This document shows, one piece after another, positions 7,247-11,392 of a DNA stretch of 11,392 nt. The position numbers were made by a program, and so were the translations under genes. Source of the DNA: Myxococcales bacterium (GTDB lineage Bacteria > Myxococcota_A > UBA9042); assembly GCA_037441385.1 (NCBI GenBank), contig JBBISH010000163.1, positions 1-11,392 on the forward strand, read 5' to 3'. Within the stretch, counting starts at the first letter, position 1, and every line of letters begins with the position of its first letter. A model generated the notes under the pieces. It saw nothing but the letters and a program-made list of their open reading frames with translations, did no database searches and had not been told where the DNA came from.

Positions 7247-8633
7247 AGAGCTCCTCTGCCATGGCGCGCGCCAGTTGAGCGCGAGCACGGTTGGCCGCAA
7301 AGCGCCCCAGGGCGCGCTGAACTTCGGCGTCGGCCAGGCGTGCGGCAGCGTCAGCCACCTCGATGCCCGTGCCCAGGCCTACTCCAAAGCGACTTTCGGC
7401 TTGCTTGACGTTGGCTTGCGCCACCTCTAGGGCGCGGTCGTAGGCAGCAATGGTCTGCAGGGCGCGCCGCACTTCCAAGAATGCGCGCTGGACCTGGGCC
7501 CGCCGCTGCCACTGCAAATCGGCGAATTCGGCCTGCAGTTGGACCTCGCGGGCCTGGCTGGCACCGACCCGCGCTTGGCGGTCGCCGTCCAGCAGGGGCC
7601 AGTTCAGCACCAGGCCGGCGAACCAGTTGGGCACGGTGGGCAGCCAGCCCTCGCCCCGCGGCTCCGGTCCCGACGACGGTTTGGCACCGCCCGCACGCAA
7701 GTTGGCGCCCACCGCGGCGTACAAGTTGGGATTGGCATCCGCGCTGGCCGCCTGCGTTTGGGCGCGCTGGGCCTGCAGGCGCATCTGGGCGGCCAAGAGG
7801 CGCGGTGCGTGCTCCAGGGCGTGCTGCAAGGCCACGTCAAAGCTGGGCAAGGCTTGCGGAGCCGAAGCGTCGGCCGTCGTGTCGACCCGCTCGTCCGAAC
7901 TGCCCACCGCCGCCGCCAGCACCGACTGGGCCACCTCCAGGCCCGTCTCTGCCCGCATGCGCTCGACCGTGGCCCGACCGAACTCCGCATCGGCTCTGAA
8001 TTTCTCGCTTGGTGGCCGCAAGCCATGCTGGCTCTGCACCGCCGCTTGGTCGCGATACAACTGCGCCCGCTGTTCGGCCGCCTGCGCGCTGGCCAAGACT
8101 TGGTGCGCGGCTTGCGCGGCAAACCAGCTCTCTTCCACGTTCAGCGCCACGTCTAGCCAAGCCGAGCGCTCGAGCTGCCGCTGTACGTCCACCACTGCGT
8201 CGGCCGCGGCCTGCTGGGCGGCCAGCCGCCCGCCGTCAAAAAGAAGTTGACGCGCGGATACGCCGACCAGTGTGCTCGGCTCGGGCGAAAGGGAGCCAAA
8301 ATCCGTTGCCTTTGTGCCGCCCACTCGCGGCAAGTCCAAGACGGCCGAGCCCAGATAGCTGGCGGTGGTGTTGTTCACGGTCCCGACCAGGCCTTGGGCG
8401 CTAGCTCCCACGGTTGGCCGCCAGCGCGCGTGCGGCAGCTCGGCATCGGCGGCGGCGGCGGCAATGCGCGCCCGGGCCACGGCCAGACTGGGGACGTGTT
8501 GCCGTGCGTGCAGCAGCGCCTGCTCCAAGGTCAGCGCCTTGGGTGGCTCCTGGGCATGGCTGGCGCCCGCGGCCAGCGCAATGGCGGCGCATAGAGCTGC
8601 GCCGACGGCGGCAGTCCAGGAGTTAGGGGCCAT
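7227..8633 (-). CDS. TolC-family outer membrane efflux protein, ~468 aa
   Basis: Signal peptide MAPNSWTAAVGAALCAAIALAAGASHA|QEPP, LTLEQAL motif, strands GVSARQLLFDGG and GLVLNWPLLDG, and ESRFGVGLGTGIEVADA. Start moved to the ATG at 8633, which is preceded by AAAGGAAAA. First gene of the OMF-MFP-RND operon. Confidence 0.93.
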   Translation of the reverse strand: MAPNSWTAAVGAALCAAIALAAGASHAQEPPKALTLEQALLHARQHVPSLAVARARIAAAAADAELPHARWRPTVGASAQGLVGTVNNTTASYLGSAVLDLPRVGGTKATDFGSLSPEPSTLVGVSARQLLFDGGRLAAQQAAADAVVDVQRQLERSAWLDVALNVEESWFAAQAAHQVLASAQAAEQRAQLYRDQAAVQSQHGLRPPSEKFRADAEFGRATVERMRAETGLEVAQSVLAAAVGSSDERVDTTADASAPQALPSFDVALQHALEHAPRLLAAQMRLQAQRAQTQAASADANPNLYAAVGANLRAGGAKPSSGPEPRGEGWLPTVPNWFAGLVLNWPLLDGDRQARVGASQAREVQLQAEFADLQWQRRAQVQRAFLEVRRALQTIAAYDRALEVAQANVKQAESRFGVGLGTGIEVADAAARLADAEVQRALGRFAANRARAQLARAMAEELYVIPAP

Positions 8634-8790
8634 TTTTCCTTTGGGTCTCGCGGCGGCGGCGCGGCGGGTAGGCACACAACCACGGCGCTGCCCGTACTAT
8701 TCCATCGGGTCGCCGATTCTCCAGAGCGGCAGCCCCGGCGAACGCGACTGCCGGCGTGCGCGGTGCCGCGAGCGTGGGTGGTGCGCTTCC

Positions 8791-8841
8791 CGGCCTTGCC
8801 CTTGCCAGATCGGGCAAACGGCCTACACTTTGCCGCGGCAA
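8791..8841 (+). promoter_or_regulatory. Two tandem sigma54-like -24/-12 motifs and a 12-bp palindrome in the divergent control region
   Basis: CGGCCT-N5-TTGCC occurs at 8791-8806 and 8819-8834, each with GG-N10-GC spacing (consensus TGGCAC-N5-TTGC). A perfect palindrome TTGCCGCGGCAA lies at 8830-8841. Confidence 0.35.
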
Positions 8842-8852
8842 CGGGTTAACTC

Positions 8853-10268
8853 GTGCGATTTGGTTGGGCCGTGGTTGCACATCGATTCTTGCCGTGGCGG
8901 TGCTGGCTTGCGGCGGGCGTGGCGCTGGTCTCTGCGGGTCCGGTAGGGGCAGAAGAGCCGGTGGTGGCAGCCGTTGCGGCCCCGGTCGCGGCGACACCCA
9001 GCGCCGAGGTGCCCTTGGCCGGCATCTCGGGGAACACGTTCTTTGTCCGCTCCAGCGACGACGCGATCCAGCTTTTCCCTCATGGCCGCCTGCAGATCGA
9101 TGGCTTCTGGTTGGCGCGCAATGCCGCCGCGGACCTGCCCAGCGGTGGCTCGTTGGTGCGGCGCGCGCGGATCGAGTTGGCTGGGCGCTTGGGGCCGTGG
9201 ATCGGGTTCAGCCTGGGCTCGGACTTTGCGACGACTGCGGTGGGAACCGACAATTTCCTGGTCATCGACCCGCTGGACCGGCGCCTGTACCTGCAGGTGG
9301 GCCAGTTCAACGCGCCGTTCACCTACGACAACTCCATCAGCGACAAGTACTTTGACTACATCGAGCGCTCGATGACGGCGCGCGTGCTGGGCGTCCCGTC
9401 CAACAAAGAGGTGGGCGCGATGCTGGCCGGTGTGGCGCCCCAGGGCCTTGGGCACTGGGCGATCGGCCTGTTCGACGGCAACGGTCAAAACGCCCGCGAT
9501 ACCGACAATCACCCCGACCTGATGGGCCGCTTGGCGGTGGCCCCGCTGGCGCTGGCGCCGTGGCAGGACCTGCGCCGTGTGACGGTGGGGGCCTCCCTGT
9601 GGCTCGCCGATCGCCGCGACAACCTCAACCCGCTGGCCGCCCAGACCACGCCCGACGGCTTCAAGCTGCTGGACCCGACCTGGAAGGCCACCGACGCCAC
9701 CGCGACCCAGCGCAACTACGAGTTGCGGCAGTTCGGCGAGATGCGGAGCATGGCGGTCGAACTCAACGCCCCCATCGGCCACCGGCTGGGGGTCCGTGGC
9801 GAGTGGCTGTACAAGCGTCAAGGGTTGGCCGAAGTCACCACTGCAGATGGCAAAACGGCCGGGACGGCGACGCTGACCGGTACGTCGTACTATGTTGGGT
9901 TCTGGTGGTGGGCCGTGGGCGACGACAGCTTGGTGCCCCAAGACCCAACCGGTGCGCTGCCCACGTTTTCGGGCCTGAAGCCCTCGGCACTGACGCACGG
10001 GCTGCAGCTGCTAGCGCGCGTAGAGCGGCTGGACGAAGACGTGGTCACCGGCCACCCCAGTTTGGCCAACCCGGGGGTGGGCGGCGTGCGCGTCGATGCC
10101 GGGCAGCTTGGGGTGAACTATTGGTACTCCAAGCGGTTCCGCGCGAGCCTCAACGCCAGCACCTTCCATCTGCAGGGCGACTCGAAGGCCATCAAGGGCG
10201 CGGTGACCCGCAACGGCGGCTCGACGTGGGAGCAAGAGTTGGCCCTGCGGTTGGCGATTGCGTTGTAG
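8853..10268 (+). CDS. Outer membrane porin, OprO/OprP (phosphate-selective porin O/P)-like family
   Basis: Signal-peptide-like N-terminus (WLAAGVALVSAGPVGA|EEP), family-like motifs GRLQID, VRRARIELAG, QVGQFNAPF and YIERS, then LGVNYWY and an amphipathic terminal strand LALRLAIAL. The start is uncertain (GTG 8853 or GTG 8871) and the substrate cannot be determined. Confidence 0.85.
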   Translation: MRFGWAVVAHRFLPWRCWLAAGVALVSAGPVGAEEPVVAAVAAPVAATPSAEVPLAGISGNTFFVRSSDDAIQLFPHGRLQIDGFWLARNAAADLPSGGSLVRRARIELAGRLGPWIGFSLGSDFATTAVGTDNFLVIDPLDRRLYLQVGQFNAPFTYDNSISDKYFDYIERSMTARVLGVPSNKEVGAMLAGVAPQGLGHWAIGLFDGNGQNARDTDNHPDLMGRLAVAPLALAPWQDLRRVTVGASLWLADRRDNLNPLAAQTTPDGFKLLDPTWKATDATATQRNYELRQFGEMRSMAVELNAPIGHRLGVRGEWLYKRQGLAEVTTADGKTAGTATLTGTSYYVGFWWWAVGDDSLVPQDPTGALPTFSGLKPSALTHGLQLLARVERLDEDVVTGHPSLANPGVGGVRVDAGQLGVNYWYSKRFRASLNASTFHLQGDSKAIKGAVTRNGGSTWEQELALRLAIAL

Positions 10269-10317
10269 CGGCCTGGCCCCGCGTGCGCGAGACAGGCGGC
10301 TGCTGGTTCCGTCCAAA

Positions 10318-10581
10318 GCCGATCGCAAACTCGAGCAATTCTTGGGACCCGCCGCGGGGGCCCAGCCTGATTCTCGCGTGTTGTCTAGAGCACCGATCAG
10401 AAATCCAGTCCTGGGGGCAAACGTCGCGGCGGGTCGCGGCTGTGCCTGGTTCGTTGGGCCCGCTTGCGACCCACTGAGCATCAACGAGTTTTCGCCAGCG
10501 AGTGGTCTCGTTGCTCTGAACCTCGGAGATTTGCGATTGGTGTTCTAGCAGGTCCCGAAGGCCGTGCAAGCGTGAATCAGG
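10318..10581 (+). ncRNA. Candidate structured RNA element of unassigned family
   Basis: Nested helices found by eye: 10366-10380/10567-10581 (13 of 15 paired), 10385-10398/10535-10548 (14 bp including 2 G-U), 10423-10435/10457-10470, and 10476-10488/10507-10516. The element lies in a spacer with no credible ORF. Confidence 0.4.
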
Positions 10582-10777
10582 TGAAGGGTATGTCACTGCT
10601 GCGGTTGGCTCGCCGACTACTGGATTCGGCCCCACCAGCGATGCCGCACGGGGCGTTGGGCAGGGCAGGCCGCGGTTGGTTGGCGCCCGTTGCTCCCGGC
10701 GCGAACTAGCCCCGACCATCATTGCGCGGTGTTGGCCACCGGGGTAGCATCCAAAGACTGCGTGCCAGGCGCGCAAG

Positions 10778-10785
10778 AAGGAGGT
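10778..10785 (+). promoter_or_regulatory. Shine-Dalgarno site
   Basis: AAGGAGGT lies 5 nt upstream of the ATG at 10791. Confidence 0.85.
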
Positions 10786-10790
10786 CGATC

Positions 10791-11392
10791 ATGGCCGCCC
10801 CAAGCAAGGCCAACTCGGCGATCCCAACAAAGCTGCCCAAAGAGGACCAACCGACGGAGGGCGACCAGGACTGGCTGGTGGCTGCAGGTGCGGCGGTGCT
10901 TGGCATTGGTGTGGGGGGTGTGGCGATTCACGCGCTGGACAGCCACTTTGGTGTGTCACGCCGCGACGGCGATCCGCCGGACCTGGGGTCGCCATCTCCA
11001 AGCGGTTCGGGGAGCTCGTCGACCCCGCCCATGGAGTCCCGGCCGGCGCCCACACCGACCACGCCACTCGGTCCACCCAGCCCGCTGAGTGCTCCAGCAC
11101 CCGCACATGAGCCCACGCCACCTGCTGCTCCAGGCGGGCACGGCGCCGCGCCAGCGGGGCCCTCGGGCCACCACCCAGCGCCGGACTCGCATGCGGCACA
11201 CCCACGCGCGCACCATCACGGGGCGCCTGATTCGCACGCGACGGACCACAGGCACGAGCCGCACCCCGCTTCGCATCACGGGGCACCCGATTCGCACGCA
11301 CCGGAACCTGAGCACCCGCCGCACTCCGCGCCGCACCCTGCGCCGCACTCCGCGCCGCACTCCGCGCCGCACCCCGCGCCGCACTCCGCGCC
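10791..11392 (+). CDS. Hypothetical membrane-anchored Pro/His-rich low-complexity protein; 3'-truncated and absent from the ORF track
   Basis: My translation is open for 200 codons to the window edge: MAAPSKANSAIPTKLPKEDQPTEGDQDWLVAAGAAVLGIGVGGVAIHALDSHFG...PAPTPTTPLGPPSP...GHHPAPDSHAAHPRAHHHGAPDSHATDHRHEPHPASHHGAPDSHAPEPEHPPHSAPHPAPHSAPHSAPHPAPHSA. It has a strong SD and one hydrophobic segment (10872-10928). Confidence 0.8.
   Translation, partial: MAAPSKANSAIPTKLPKEDQPTEGDQDWLVAAGAAVLGIGVGGVAIHALDSHFGVSRRDGDPPDLGSPSPSGSGSSSTPPMESRPAPTPTTPLGPPSPLSAPAPAHEPTPPAAPGGHGAAPAGPSGHHPAPDSHAAHPRAHHHGAPDSHATDHRHEPHPASHHGAPDSHAPEPEHPPHSAPHPAPHSAPHSAPHPAPHSA
11319..11392 (+). repeat. 12-bp in-frame tandem repeat (CCGCACTCCGCG, encoding PHSA/PHPA), at least 6 copies, running off the window
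   Basis: Units start at 11319, 11331, 11343, 11355, 11367 and 11379. Four are ccgcactccgcg; the others are ccgcaccctgcg and ccgcaccccgcg. Confidence 0.95.

Noticed and set aside
7247..7300. Longer MFP start at 7300 (and longer OMF start at 8675)
   Set aside because: The downstream ATGs at 7246 and 8633 have SD-like sequences and give normal N-termini without long overlaps.
2895..8633. Assigning symbols such as acrAB-tolC, czcCBA or cusCBA
   Set aside because: The family is clear, but orthology and substrate cannot be established from the sequence by eye.
44..10268. Many long alternative-frame and antisense ORFs (e.g. 920..1819, 2941..4452, 6065..7144, 8823..9998)
   Set aside because: Arg/Ala/Pro-rich shadows of real genes, expected in high-GC DNA; none has recognisable motifs.
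10416..10450. GGCAAAC followed by a stem, resembling a c-di-GMP-I riboswitch
   Set aside because: There is no GNRA-capped stem and no following GCAAA-type motif or receptor hairpin.
10549..10568. caggtcccgaagg resembling the SRP RNA conserved helix
   Set aside because: The GGAA tetraloop and the following GGAAGCAG-type motif are absent.
10192..10776. Short ORFs in the porin-downstream spacer (10258..10548, 10464..10709, 10192..10776)
   Set aside because: No clear RBS, atypical codon usage and no recognisable protein features; the region is better explained as non-coding.
10789..11384. Minus-strand Arg-rich ORFs (RRGV repeats)
   Set aside because: These are antisense readings of the 12-bp repeat; the + strand frame has the strong SD and a coherent architecture.

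Overview
GC-rich bacterial window; the Cys-rich repeat protein suggests a Myxococcota-like host (inference). It contains six genes. (1) The 3' part of a large + strand Cys-rich repeat protein, open from the left edge, with a probable 7-bladed beta-propeller embedded in the repeat array. (2-4) A convergent, overlapping - strand efflux operon in the order TolC-family outer membrane factor, membrane fusion protein, RND permease. The permease lacks two of the AcrB proton-relay residues. (5) A divergently transcribed OprO/OprP-family porin. (6) A gene missing from the ORF track that starts at 10791 behind a strong Shine-Dalgarno site, runs off the right edge, and encodes a membrane-anchored Pro/His-rich protein with 12-bp tandem repeats. 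The 522-bp spacer before gene 6 holds a ~265-nt element with extensive self-complementarity, G-U-type pairs on the + strand and competing helices, making it a candidate unannotated structured RNA. It shares several short words with a second structured spacer at 2697-2894. All family calls come from motif recognition by eye; no searches or folding programs were run.
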